A DNA stretch of 64,000 nucleotides from contig OY775910.1 in NCBI GenBank assembly GCA_963675245.1, forward strand, positions 64,001 to 128,000. The letters are read 5' to 3'. This stretch comes from Acholeplasmataceae bacterium. GTDB taxonomy: Bacteria; Bacillota_I; Bacilli_A; Acholeplasmatales; Acholeplasmataceae. Position numbers and translations under genes: made by a program. Shown one piece after another: positions 50,401 to 59,179 of the stretch (position 1 is the stretch's first letter; each line of letters begins with the position of its first letter). The notes under the pieces are model-generated. The model was given only the letters and a program-made list of their open reading frames with translations, was not told the DNA's origin and searched no databases.

Positions 50401-53210
50401 GAGATGACATAAGGTGTATCAACTTCTGAAAAACTTCCTTCAATTGTTATATAAAGTATGTCCCCCGCATCAAAGTATGCCAACTCTTTATAGTTTTCAC
50501 CTTCGTAAGAATAATAAGTATAAACGAGTTTCCCATTTTCATTATAAGCATATATGTCTAACCATTTACTTTCATCAGCTAATACAGGCATCATTTGAAA
50601 CTCATAAAAACCTGCTTCATCAGCTTCAAAACGAACATGTGTTAATTGTTGATATAAATTGATGGATAACACCGAATCACCAACGAGAGAATAGTCATAA
50701 TCTGTATCAAACTGATCAAAAGAAAGAGGTATTTCAAGATATACGTAATACTCATCAAATGCGTCAAGTATTGCACGTTCATCTTCATTTGATAGATGTT
50801 CAAAATCTAGACTTGACAATTCATTAATATCTACTTTTAATTGATTATACACTGATACGATTGATCCTTCTATACTAAGGATGTCTTCATCAGTCCAATT
50901 AAATAAAGTCATGACATTTTCATCTGATAGAATGTTATCTATAAGTAGATTAATTGTTTCTAATATATAAGCATCATGATCGGACAAATAATTAGACATA
51001 CCGATAAGCGCTGTACCATATAAAGCCGTTTCTCTAGGTAAGTTAAGGTCAGCTGCGCCAAATAGTTCAGCTGTATCTATGGACGCTATTTCTGAGATTA
51101 CACCTTCTTCAATTGTTTTCACTCGTTCAATGAACTGACTTAAATATTCTAAAGCAGTGGATAATGATTCAAATGTTGGATACGTGGGAAAATAATAAGT
51201 TGTGACATAATTAAATTCCAATAAAGATAATAACGCGTCTATTTCTGCTGCATTAATCTGATTGATAATCGCATCGTTATAACGTGCTAATGTATCAATA
51301 AATGATGCTGCTTCAGTGAATGGTGTATCTGTGTTAATTAAGGCTTCATAACTTGCTTCTAAACCATCATCCGACATTTCTAATGATAAGAGATTAGTCA
51401 TTATATCTGTCATTAATTGACCAATTTCATTCAGATCGCCTTCTTTATCAAGCATCATGTCAAATATATTTGAAGCGCTATCTGAATAGATGGATGAATA
51501 AGCATCCATCAATGTCACAATAAAATAACGATATATGTTGGTTTCACCTAATTGATTAACAATATTCTCAATGTTCGTTCTTTCAGTATCATGTGTATCA
51601 AAGTAAGTTTTCACATGTGTTAATATGTGCATTAAGAATTTATAAGATGACCACATACCGTCATTTGTTTCCATCTCATTCATATCATCTGATAATTGTT
51701 CTAAGTCATCTGCATCAAGCGCATAAATGATATCTAGAAATGCCAGTGATGAATAATATTGTAACTGTGCACTTAAAGAAATAAATGAATCTCCTGGTTC
51801 AGTATCAGATTGACCAAAATAGGTCACAAAAGTATCAATAGCATCAAGTACAAGTGTTATGTCATCTGTTGTTGGTAAATCATTTAAAATGATGTCAACC
51901 GCTGCATTTTTTAAAGTTGTTATTTCATCAAATGTTAATGTGCCAATGATCATGATACGATTTAATTCTGACATAAAATCTTGATCAATCGCATCATTAT
52001 ATGAAAAGATTGTGTCAATAACCACTTCAAACGCTGACAAAAACATTGCTCTTTCTTCTACATTTGCAAACATTTGATCTAAAGACTCTGATATGGATTG
52101 ATCTCTTGAAATATACCCTTCATATCGATCAATATATCTCGTATAAGCATAATAATTAGCATAATCGTTAAAATAACGTTGCATCTCTTGGTCTGTAGTA
52201 AAGACTGTTTGAAGTGATGCGTAAAAAGCATATAGATCATCAATTTCAGATGATGTTAAATAATTTTGAACATAATATCCAATGTCGTTGGCATATCTGA
52301 TATCCGTTAATGCGTCATAGTAATAATAAGCTTTATCCGAATATTCACCATAGACCACATCATAAACTGACTGAGTGTTTTCATTCATTTGGATTAAAAC
52401 ATTTGCTTTGTTTTCAATATAATCTGTATCGCTTATCAATATACTTAAGTTTAAATTGACATCATTTAAATATCGTTGATAGTTATCTATTTCATTTTCA
52501 GTATTAGCATCTATAAAATGAAATCCCGCCACATAATAAGCATATATGATTTCTGCTAGAGCAGATGCATCTAAGCCTTTGTCTTCAAACATAGAAATGT
52601 TATTGACAATATCGTTTATATCTCTCGCTCTTGCTAGTGCATTAACAAAATCATTCACTGTTGTAATAAATGAACTCGCTTCTGTTTTCGTCATTTGATT
52701 CATAAGTAGTATTTCAGCTGTTTCTAACGAAAATTCCACATACATCTGATAGTCAGCATAACGATAGTCACTGCTAAAATCATCACTTGAATAATTTAAT
52801 GAATTATAATCTCTGTTTATATCTTTCATCATTGATAATGCAACTTCATTGATATCAGCTTCCGTGATATCTTCAATCGGAATCGGCATCTCGTCAACCA
52901 CATACGTGACTGATTCTGAATCATTTGAACGAAGATCTAATAATGTAGACACAACATGAATTGTATACGTACCATAATCTAAATTTAGTGTTGATAAATC
53001 AAAACTCGATTGTTGTACGTTATATTCAAGATTTTGGTTGATAATGACAATATAACCATCTGCTAAATCTATGGTATCCCAAGATATAACATCCCCGTTT
53101 ATGTGAACATTTGATGGTGTAGCAATATTTTCTGGTACAGATGTATCTGTACATGCCACTAGCCATAAGCCTATTATTAAAGATACTATTAAAAAAAGTG
53201 CTTTTTTCAT
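47472..53210 (-). CDS. 1912-aa acidic surface lipoprotein: helical N-half and ~11 beta-sandwich repeats
   Basis: Lipobox LVAC; ATPSNV.I....ISW Fn3-like start; recurring F(T)P..(T/S)GYY.I motif every ~90-100 aa. Confidence 0.85.
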   Translation of the reverse strand: MKKALFLIVSLIIGLWLVACTDTSVPENIATPSNVHINGDVISWDTIDLADGYIVIINQNLEYNVQQSSFDLSTLNLDYGTYTIHVVSTLLDLRSNDSESVTYVVDEMPIPIEDITEADINEVALSMMKDINRDYNSLNYSSDDFSSDYRYADYQMYVEFSLETAEILLMNQMTKTEASSFITTVNDFVNALARARDINDIVNNISMFEDKGLDASALAEIIYAYYVAGFHFIDANTENEIDNYQRYLNDVNLNLSILISDTDYIENKANVLIQMNENTQSVYDVVYGEYSDKAYYYYDALTDIRYANDIGYYVQNYLTSSEIDDLYAFYASLQTVFTTDQEMQRYFNDYANYYAYTRYIDRYEGYISRDQSISESLDQMFANVEERAMFLSAFEVVIDTIFSYNDAIDQDFMSELNRIMIIGTLTFDEITTLKNAAVDIILNDLPTTDDITLVLDAIDTFVTYFGQSDTEPGDSFISLSAQLQYYSSLAFLDIIYALDADDLEQLSDDMNEMETNDGMWSSYKFLMHILTHVKTYFDTHDTERTNIENIVNQLGETNIYRYFIVTLMDAYSSIYSDSASNIFDMMLDKEGDLNEIGQLMTDIMTNLLSLEMSDDGLEASYEALINTDTPFTEAASFIDTLARYNDAIINQINAAEIDALLSLLEFNYVTTYYFPTYPTFESLSTALEYLSQFIERVKTIEEGVISEIASIDTAELFGAADLNLPRETALYGTALIGMSNYLSDHDAYILETINLLIDNILSDENVMTLFNWTDEDILSIEGSIVSVYNQLKVDINELSSLDFEHLSNEDERAILDAFDEYYVYLEIPLSFDQFDTDYDYSLVGDSVLSINLYQQLTHVRFEADEAGFYEFQMMPVLADESKWLDIYAYNENGKLVYTYYSYEGENYKELAYFDAGDILYITIEGSFSEVDTPYVISSTNIYDTPNPETINEGVEANFFGDEFSVTFTPEVTGFYQLTIDNTYENYNINIQNEDGLGIAYLYNEGGLIEFKENQTYKILYKNYYNSYEHVALTLDLTSYNAIPDEVFINDPETFYVNNETMTTFTPDTDGYYYIDIKALNNEDNNIYIEITEDNAFNSGNSVSPIAQNYYDLNKNVTYTIHIRYYNDMTQVSLNIIERDDILFNGAIITEDVDYLLTGYNYQVIFSPSGNGTFKIPTTFNDVTYENSYYGQVRINGEMIGDFNRDDIYFTVSTADEVVIYIDNYRDNMVYFMVESVNSDHNMPDQFVANQVYTLYGGTVAYTFTPETTAFYQFNVSSSEEISLTIRDNGEYMFSTMSRQISKYLQLEEKHTYSILFGHPNELIDITYSLDETSYRNPLEVPIGETFTYYDVFDGSLIFTPDETAFYKLNVSQIDDETIGMLIYVNDTNIYTDSISVGDDYYFQFNAGMTYEINFAYAGISDILPMDILIDITDESHLPEVLKINQSYAFNTGNVFSTFIPDENGYYQIKLTGDIDEFIVLSDYYQVIYSEQVTDGMVNTMIYMGSYDSYFMIIIKDGVLVPATLEIIDTGISGQNENLIEGESMNFISSRAEGVFVAPLDGTYQITISDETNSVFPGRVYTSYDTNVNLENLNNYIFNARAGDELNLTVYDDGQPRIITMQVDQIGSDISSFTGEDQSFTASEDLKTLLINVDQSAYYEISFSDSEEIYRLSLFNISLSTLQTIESDGSALLDIKDSYDYALYIHHMDDYSFSLTMTDYSNPNSLDAGEYTLYGNDIYQLITPSVSGYYTITSTVSNLSLFRGYLYVSDFDIDQSSDDETLSLTSYLYAGEEYFLRLYNYELMLPSYDVNITVDTETQAPGSIEVGVEKPIVANNLIYEFSIDASGEYSIDATGNTNMIYMRLINDNDETVNEFYVYSSAYDVYLNAGTYYLYIEVTNNFINNLTLRVDAID

Positions 53211-53340
53211 CGCGAACCTCCCACTAATGTAATTTATGATTATCTCCCCATCATGAATGTTTAAAGTATTTTCTATAGTATATCATTTTTACTGACTCGT
53301 TACCACAAAATTTTCAATTATTTTACTTTGATATTCAAAT

Positions 53341-53365
53341 AAAAAAGCCATCGATTGATGGCTTT
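53341..53365 (-). terminator. Terminator after the ABC-F gene
   Basis: AAAGCCATC-N-GATGGCTTT with A-run upstream on the plus strand. Confidence 0.75.
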
Positions 53366-53372
53366 ATCATGC

Positions 53373-54920
53373 TTAATTCTCAGGTTCAAATAACGTGATT
53401 TCATAGTCACAAACATCTTGATAAAAATCAACTTCATGTGATACTAAAATCAGTGTACCTTCATATTGAATGAGTGCATCTTTTAATGCTTCTTTTGCTG
53501 CTTGATCCAAATGGTTCGTCGGTTCATCTAAAATAAGCACATTCCCTTTTTGGTGATAAAGCAATGCTAATCTCACTTTCGTCTGCTCTCCACCAGATAA
53601 ACTGTTCATTTCACGATGTGCCATTTCGAAATTAATCCCATGATGTCCTAAGAGTGACATCACATCTTTTTTCGTAAAATCAGGATACATACCATGAACG
53701 ACTTCAAAGGCTGTCAACGCATCTGGAAATTTTTGATCTTGAGCAAAATAAGCAATTTTAGCGGTATCAATCCATTTAAATGTACCATCAATTTTAGGTA
53801 TTAATTCAAGTATGGTTTTTATAAATGTTGATTTACCGACACCATTTTTACCTGTAATCGCGACTTTCTCCTGTTTCATAATCGTCATGCTTAATGGTTC
53901 TAAAAGAGAATAATCATATCCAATTTCAAGTGAATCCGTAACGAGTACATCTCTCCCGGTTCCAGAAGATAGAGGAAATCTAAATTTATACGTCGTATCT
54001 GATTTTGGTGGTTTAATCCGCTCCAGTTTTGCAAGCATTTTACGTCTTGACTGCGCTCTTTTCACGGTTTTATCTCTAACGATATTCTTCTTGATAAATT
54101 CTTCATTTTTCTTAATGAATCGTTGTTGTGCGTTATACGCTTTTTCATGCTGTGACATACGCAATTCTCTTTCTGATAAATAGAAAGAAAAATCACCCTT
54201 ATAACGCGCTATATTGCCATGTTCTAATGCAAATACAGTTCGCGCAATTTCACTTAAGAAACCTTCATGATGAGATACCACAATAAATGATTTTTCATAA
54301 GCATTTAAAAATTTAGCTAACCAATCAATATGCCTTACATCTAAAAAGTTGGTTGGTTCATCAAGCAATAACACATCTGCATCTGATAATAAAAGTTTAG
54401 CCAAAATAATCTTCGCTCTCATACCCCCAGATAAGGTGTTAATATGTTGTTCAAGTATATCCATTTCCAAACCTAGACCATGAATAATATTTCCTACAGA
54501 ACTCTTGATGCGATAAAATTCTGATTCGATTAATTGTTCTTGTAAATCAGATGCCCAATGTAGCATACGTTCTTGTTCATGTTCTGGCTTTCCAATCAAA
54601 TCATGATAAAGATTATTCATTTGTTCTTCTTTTTCGAATAAAGGTAAAAAGACGTCATAAAGATACGTCTTAACTTTTAGTTTTGGATCAATATTTGCAT
54701 ATTGATCAAGGTAACCTACTTTGACACTAGGTAACCAATTAATCGCTCCCTTATCAGGTTTTAATGAATGGTCCAACAATTTTAGTAATGTACTTTTACC
54801 AGCACCATTAGGTCCCACTAACACGGCATGTTCGCCTTCAAATAGACGCATCATACCATTTTGATACATGGATTCACCTTGATAGCTAAATGTTAAACCT
54901 TCAACTTCTAAAATACTCAT
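53373..54920 (-). CDS. ABC-F family ATPase
   Basis: Two ABC domains (GPNGAGKST/LSGG/LDEPTN; GKNGVGKST/LSGGE/LDEPTNHLD), linker, no TM. Confidence 0.93.
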   Translation of the reverse strand: MSILEVEGLTFSYQGESMYQNGMMRLFEGEHAVLVGPNGAGKSTLLKLLDHSLKPDKGAINWLPSVKVGYLDQYANIDPKLKVKTYLYDVFLPLFEKEEQMNNLYHDLIGKPEHEQERMLHWASDLQEQLIESEFYRIKSSVGNIIHGLGLEMDILEQHINTLSGGMRAKIILAKLLLSDADVLLLDEPTNFLDVRHIDWLAKFLNAYEKSFIVVSHHEGFLSEIARTVFALEHGNIARYKGDFSFYLSERELRMSQHEKAYNAQQRFIKKNEEFIKKNIVRDKTVKRAQSRRKMLAKLERIKPPKSDTTYKFRFPLSSGTGRDVLVTDSLEIGYDYSLLEPLSMTIMKQEKVAITGKNGVGKSTFIKTILELIPKIDGTFKWIDTAKIAYFAQDQKFPDALTAFEVVHGMYPDFTKKDVMSLLGHHGINFEMAHREMNSLSGGEQTKVRLALLYHQKGNVLILDEPTNHLDQAAKEALKDALIQYEGTLILVSHEVDFYQDVCDYEITLFEPEN

Positions 54921-55429
54921 CTTGGTAATTCGAAGAATTGCGGCGCATCGTTATCTTCAACATAAAACCACTCTTCTCCTAATGACTCTCTTCCTTCAAT
55001 AATATCGTGTACATCCTGCTTAAAATATTTAGCGGATGCGGTCGCTAAAATGTTTTGATTGGTATCACATAAATAACCTTCACCATAAATGATTGAACGT
55101 CGATAATTTGTAATCCAACCAACAACATAAAGTGTTTCATCTAATGGGACAGGTTTTAAATACTTAACATTGAGTTCAACAGTAACACTCCAAAGATTTT
55201 CATCATCCATTTGCATGGCACGGCCGATGGTTTCATCAAGAAGCGCAGCAGCGATACCGCCATGCATTCTTTTTGGCCAACCTTGATGAATATCTTCTCC
55301 TTGAAATACACCTAAAAGTCTTTTACCTTCAAGCTCATAATATTTTGTGTTTAAACCTGAATCATTATGAATACCACACACAAAACACATATGTGCATTA
55401 TTTTGTTTCTTTAATACTTTAAACTGCAT
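54917..55429 (-). CDS. PaaI/hotdog thioesterase
   Basis: CFVCG..N..GL, HGGIAAALLDE.IG; start ATG 55429. Confidence 0.88.
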   Translation of the reverse strand: MQFKVLKKQNNAHMCFVCGIHNDSGLNTKYYELEGKRLLGVFQGEDIHQGWPKRMHGGIAAALLDETIGRAMQMDDENLWSVTVELNVKYLKPVPLDETLYVVGWITNYRRSIIYGEGYLCDTNQNILATASAKYFKQDVHDIIEGRESLGEEWFYVEDNDAPQFFELPR

Positions 55430-55431
55430 CT

Positions 55432-55707
55432 CTATAACCCCAATTCTCGATGAAATAAAAATAAACTTGCTAAAAATGCAAAGACAAATAAAACTATAAT
55501 TGCGATTCGATATACCTTTAACCATTTGTCATTTTTCACAAATAAGAATACACCAAATCCTAAAGGTAATAACGCAATCATTAACTTTTCTTTCCAGTTT
55601 CCTTCAGTTGTAATCGATAAGAATATTCTAAATGCTAACATAATAACAGCTATCGCTAATGACACATAAAAGGCTGAAATAAGAACAAAAACCATGATCT
55701 CAAACAT
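55432..55707 (-). CDS. Small 3-TM membrane protein
   Basis: 91 aa hydrophobic ORF, AGGAGG RBS. Confidence 0.75.
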   Translation of the reverse strand: MFEIMVFVLISAFYVSLAIAVIMLAFRIFLSITTEGNWKEKLMIALLPLGFGVFLFVKNDKWLKVYRIAIIVLFVFAFLASLFLFHRELGL

Positions 55708-55849
55708 GTTTCTTACCTCCTACTATGACATAAACAATACCAACAAGTAGTAATAAAAACCACCATGAACTACCTGTAAAAAACAAACCTAACATCGCTA
55801 AGAAATATGTCCCTATTGACACATAAATTCGATCTTTTCTTTTAAGCAT
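55700..55849 (-). CDS. Unannotated 49-aa membrane protein
   Basis: MLKRKDRIYVSIGTYFLAMLGLFFTGSSWWFLLLLVGIVYVIVGGKKHV; ATG overlaps the upstream TAA (TAATG), GGAG RBS, stop overlaps the next gene. Confidence 0.75.
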   Translation of the reverse strand: MLKRKDRIYVSIGTYFLAMLGLFFTGSSWWFLLLLVGIVYVIVGGKKHV

Positions 55850-56808
55850 TAGACATCACTCTCCAATACGATATACGTGACTAATTCACCAAGTGCATTG
55901 AATTCAATGTGTCTGCCACCTTTTTCTAAATTACCATATGCGCTATACCCAGAATTTCTGCCATATGCTAATACAATACCATTTAGCATAAATGAGAAAT
56001 CATTTAAATGGTCATGTCCAACAAAGACACCCTTTGACATGCCGGCATCAACCATCGCGTCAAAAAATCCAGTGTCTTGTCCTTGTGGATATACTTTATC
56101 TTCATTAAAGATACCTGTATAACTCGCATCATTTTCATCTACCAACATAAATTGCCTTAATGGGATATGCATGAACACAACAGAATCTACAGTATCATTT
56201 GCAACACTGTTTGTGTACCATTCAACTTGACCAGTAGATAAATAACCATATTCACCTTGTTCTTCTGTGTACGTCTCTTCTTCATTTTTTGAATCAAGGA
56301 AGTAAGCATGGTAAATGACGTTACCATTATAAGTGAAATTAATTTTAAAATTACCATAACCACCATCAACTATTTCAGGTCCAACCTTAAATTTTAGATA
56401 TGTGGTATCAGCTTCTTCAACGACTTCTAACAACTGTTCATATGAACAAAAATCATTATCGTGATTACCAAAGATAAACGTCCATGGTATTTCTAACGAT
56501 TCCATTTTATCAATTAATATACGATATAAACGCATCGTCATCGGTGCCATCGTTTGATCACCTGTCAATACAATCAGATCATAATCATCAGCGGTAGCAA
56601 GCTTTTCAATTAAATCTAATGTCTTATGATCATTGTCACCAAATCCATACATTAAATGTTGGTCTGTCAGTTGTAATATTTTAATGACATTATCAGAAGA
56701 CTGAACAACCATAGGCTCATTGTCTGTATAAATAACTTCAAAGCTCATACAAGCAACTAAGGTAAAACTCATCATCATCAATAATAGTAATACCGATATT
56801 TTTTTCAT
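55849..56808 (-). CDS. Calcineurin-like metallophosphoesterase lipoprotein
   Basis: Lipobox LVAC; D.H, GD, GNHD, HIP, GHDH.ND motifs. Confidence 0.88.
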   Translation of the reverse strand: MKKISVLLLLMMMSFTLVACMSFEVIYTDNEPMVVQSSDNVIKILQLTDQHLMYGFGDNDHKTLDLIEKLATADDYDLIVLTGDQTMAPMTMRLYRILIDKMESLEIPWTFIFGNHDNDFCSYEQLLEVVEEADTTYLKFKVGPEIVDGGYGNFKINFTYNGNVIYHAYFLDSKNEEETYTEEQGEYGYLSTGQVEWYTNSVANDTVDSVVFMHIPLRQFMLVDENDASYTGIFNEDKVYPQGQDTGFFDAMVDAGMSKGVFVGHDHLNDFSFMLNGIVLAYGRNSGYSAYGNLEKGGRHIEFNALGELVTYIVLESDV

Positions 56809-57245
56809 GATTGCGTTCCTTTCAAAAATAATTCTAATTCATTCATACGCACAATATGCATATCATGAACAACATCCTTATATGATATGAAAACCATCTC
56901 GTTTTCATTGACATATCTTTTTATTGGTGTTGTAAGTGGATATACAACAACAAGTTTTTTATAACCATCTCTTAACTCACTTTGATCCATTAATCGACTA
57001 GTCGATCCATAATGAACTTCCCACATCGTTGAACTATTGATGATGAGTTCAGCATTCATATTAATTTTAATGAGATGTAAATGATAAACGTCATTTCCAA
57101 TCTGATATGTTTGACCATCTAAAGTACCATACGATGTAAGCATGTTATAAATCAATGCTTTAAGTGCATCATCTTTTTTCTTGTTTATAACTATAAGTAT
57201 GATAATCAATACAAGCAAAGGTAGCCCTATATAAACAAATATCAT
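56805..57245 (-). CDS. Hypothetical protein with an N-terminal TM
   Basis: Overlapping start and stop with both neighbours; KRYVNENE motif. Confidence 0.75.
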   Translation of the reverse strand: MIFVYIGLPLLVLIIILIVINKKKDDALKALIYNMLTSYGTLDGQTYQIGNDVYHLHLIKINMNAELIINSSTMWEVHYGSTSRLMDQSELRDGYKKLVVVYPLTTPIKRYVNENEMVFISYKDVVHDMHIVRMNELELFLKGTQS

Positions 57246-57718
57246 AAGTCTTCTCTTTCAACTTTGGCTAAAAAATCACCATGAAATGTACAAGCAAAAT
57301 TATAATTGTTTTCATCATGAAGTATCGTCTTTAAAAAATAAGGGATATTTCTAGCAATGCCTTGATTCTCAAGATCACTTGCCCAATCTATCGTTTTCCA
57401 ATCAAGTATTCCTTCATCAACAACCAATGGGGTTTTCAACACAAAATCATCAGGTAGATAAGCAACAAACAAATAGAGACCACTACCTTTAGCATTGAAT
57501 TTGTCCCACGTCACTGTACCTTTTTCAAATACTTCTTCACTTTTAAATGTAATACCTGTCTCTTCTTCGATTTCTCTAACAATACAGGATAAAGGTGTTT
57601 CAGCATCATGAATTTTCCCACCAACACCATTCCAAGCACCCATCCAAGGTGATTTATTACGATTCAGCAATAAAACCTGATCTTTTCTTATTAAAAATGC
57701 TAGTGTGTAATGGTACAT
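57242..57718 (-). CDS. NUDIX hydrolase (MutT/MTH1-like)
   Basis: WNGVGGKI...ETP..C..REIEEETG Nudix box; start ATG 57718. Confidence 0.9.
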   Translation of the reverse strand: MYHYTLAFLIRKDQVLLLNRNKSPWMGAWNGVGGKIHDAETPLSCIVREIEEETGITFKSEEVFEKGTVTWDKFNAKGSGLYLFVAYLPDDFVLKTPLVVDEGILDWKTIDWASDLENQGIARNIPYFLKTILHDENNYNFACTFHGDFLAKVEREDL

Positions 57719-57852
57719 GTGAAATCCTTTCATAAACATCATTTTGATGATTTTATTATAACATAATAAACCCTTTAACCATGCCATAAAAAAACAAGCT
57801 CAATAGGCTTGCAAAATTGTGATTTTGTGCTATAATAATAAAGCATGTAAAT

Positions 57853-57928
57853 GCCCCCTTAGCTCAGCTGGCAGAGCAACTGACTCTTAATCAGTGGGTC
57901 TACGGTTCGATCCCGTAAGGGGGTACCA
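57853..57928 (+). tRNA. tRNA-Lys (anticodon CTT)
   Basis: 76 nt cloverleaf: GCCCCCT/AGGGGGT acceptor, ACTGA-CTCTTAA-TCAGT anticodon arm, GGTTCGATCC T-loop, encoded CCA; TGcTATAAT upstream. Confidence 0.97.
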
Positions 57929-58049
57929 AATTAAAGCAACGAATCCTTAGCAAAGCAAAACTCTCCTAAGAATTGCTCCATGACTATCAGTCACACATCT
58001 ATGATAAAACAAAACATTTGCTTTGTCAATAAGAAAGGAGCATTTTAAA

Positions 58050-58262
58050 ATGCACAAGCTTAAGGAACTTCGATTAAAAGAGGGGTTATCACAAACCCAG
58101 GTAGCTAAGATTCTAGGTGTGGATCGCAGCGAAGTTTCCAATTATGAAAGAGGGACAAGAAGGCTTCATGAAGATCAAATAATTGAACTTGTTAAAGCTT
58201 TTGATACAACAGCCGATTATTTTTTAGGATTATTAGAACCCAAAAAGAAAGAGCAAAATTAA
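58050..58262 (+). CDS. XRE-family HTH regulator
   Basis: KLKELR...GLSQTQVA..LGV.RS.VSNYE.G.R....FDTTADYFLG; AAGGAG RBS, ATG 58050. Confidence 0.92.
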   Translation: MHKLKELRLKEGLSQTQVAKILGVDRSEVSNYERGTRRLHEDQIIELVKAFDTTADYFLGLLEPKKKEQN

Positions 58263-58280
58263 TTTGCTCTTTTTCTTTCT
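58242..58280. terminator. Bidirectional terminator
   Basis: AAAGAGCAAA-ATTAA-TTTGCTCTTT with flanking A/T runs. Confidence 0.7.
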
Positions 58281-58282
58281 TG

Positions 58283-58951
58283 TTAACTAGTAGCAGTATT
58301 CAAATATATACCAACAGCTGAATAATAGCCAACATTAACTAACCCATCTTCTTCTTTTATTTTAAATGTTTGTGAACCATCCAAATGAGTTAACACTATC
58401 AAATTAACTCTAATTTCATTAAATGATCCATCGTTAATTTGTGTAATATCATGTTTGCTAATTTTAAAATAACAGAAATTATCAATTGAATCATTGAAAT
58501 CATATATAAAATAATAATCATTTATCCATTCGTCTTGAATTATTAATTGATTATTAATTTCAATTGTATTAGTATCAATAATAAAGTTCAATTCAATTGA
58601 TTCTGGATTTTCTTCATCTAAATCAACAAACTTACATTCTGTATAAGTCTCATGATTATAATAAGTTATTATTCTAAATTTATATTGAAATAAAATATCA
58701 TGTATATAAACATCATCAAAATCTGTTTTTTCTTGATGAATTACACCTGCGTACCAATCATCTGGAATACTTATAGTGTTATCATTGTGAATAAAGTAAC
58801 TACTATCCCAATTGAGTTCAATCTGATCATAAGTAGCATTAACTTCAACCCAATTAGAAATATTAAAAACTTCGTTCGGACTATGTTCAATACTACACCC
58901 CGTTAAAACAAGCAACAATGATACACAAAAAAATAAAATCGTTTTTTTCAT
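58283..58951 (-). CDS. Hypothetical lipoprotein
   Basis: MKK-hydrophobic-LTGC lipobox; AAGGAG RBS. Confidence 0.75.
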   Translation of the reverse strand: MKKTILFFCVSLLLVLTGCSIEHSPNEVFNISNWVEVNATYDQIELNWDSSYFIHNDNTISIPDDWYAGVIHQEKTDFDDVYIHDILFQYKFRIITYYNHETYTECKFVDLDEENPESIELNFIIDTNTIEINNQLIIQDEWINDYYFIYDFNDSIDNFCYFKISKHDITQINDGSFNEIRVNLIVLTHLDGSQTFKIKEEDGLVNVGYYSAVGIYLNTATS

Positions 58952-59091
58952 TTTTTTAAATCTCCTTAATTATGTTTTGAGCAACTGAAAAACATTCAAA
59001 ATATAAAAAGGATTATCAAATTATTTCTAAAATAAAAATACCATGTTATCACCTACTATTTACAGTTTAATAATTACATGGTATAATATTC

Positions 59092-59150
59092 ACGTGCGCA
59101 TGAATATTTCATGTAATCTGGCACTATGTTCGAGCATAGTGTCTTTTTTT
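59092..59150 (+). ncRNA. Candidate ~57-nt small RNA
   Basis: TTTACA-17bp-TGgTATAAT promoter (59059-59087); hairpin GCATGAA-TAT-TTCATGT; terminator GGCACTATG-N6-CATAGTGTC-T7. Confidence 0.55.
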
Positions 59151-59179
59151 ATTATATTTCTGAATGCAATTCAGTTACT

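Noticed and set aside
53373..54920. ABC-F as an antibiotic-resistance gene
   Set aside because: Housekeeping-like operon context with no leader or attenuator seen; the subfamily cannot be assigned without a phylogeny.
57947..58141. 64-aa minus-strand ORF as a toxin or Cro partner
   Set aside because: Mostly the antisense shadow of the XRE gene, and it spans the putative promoter.
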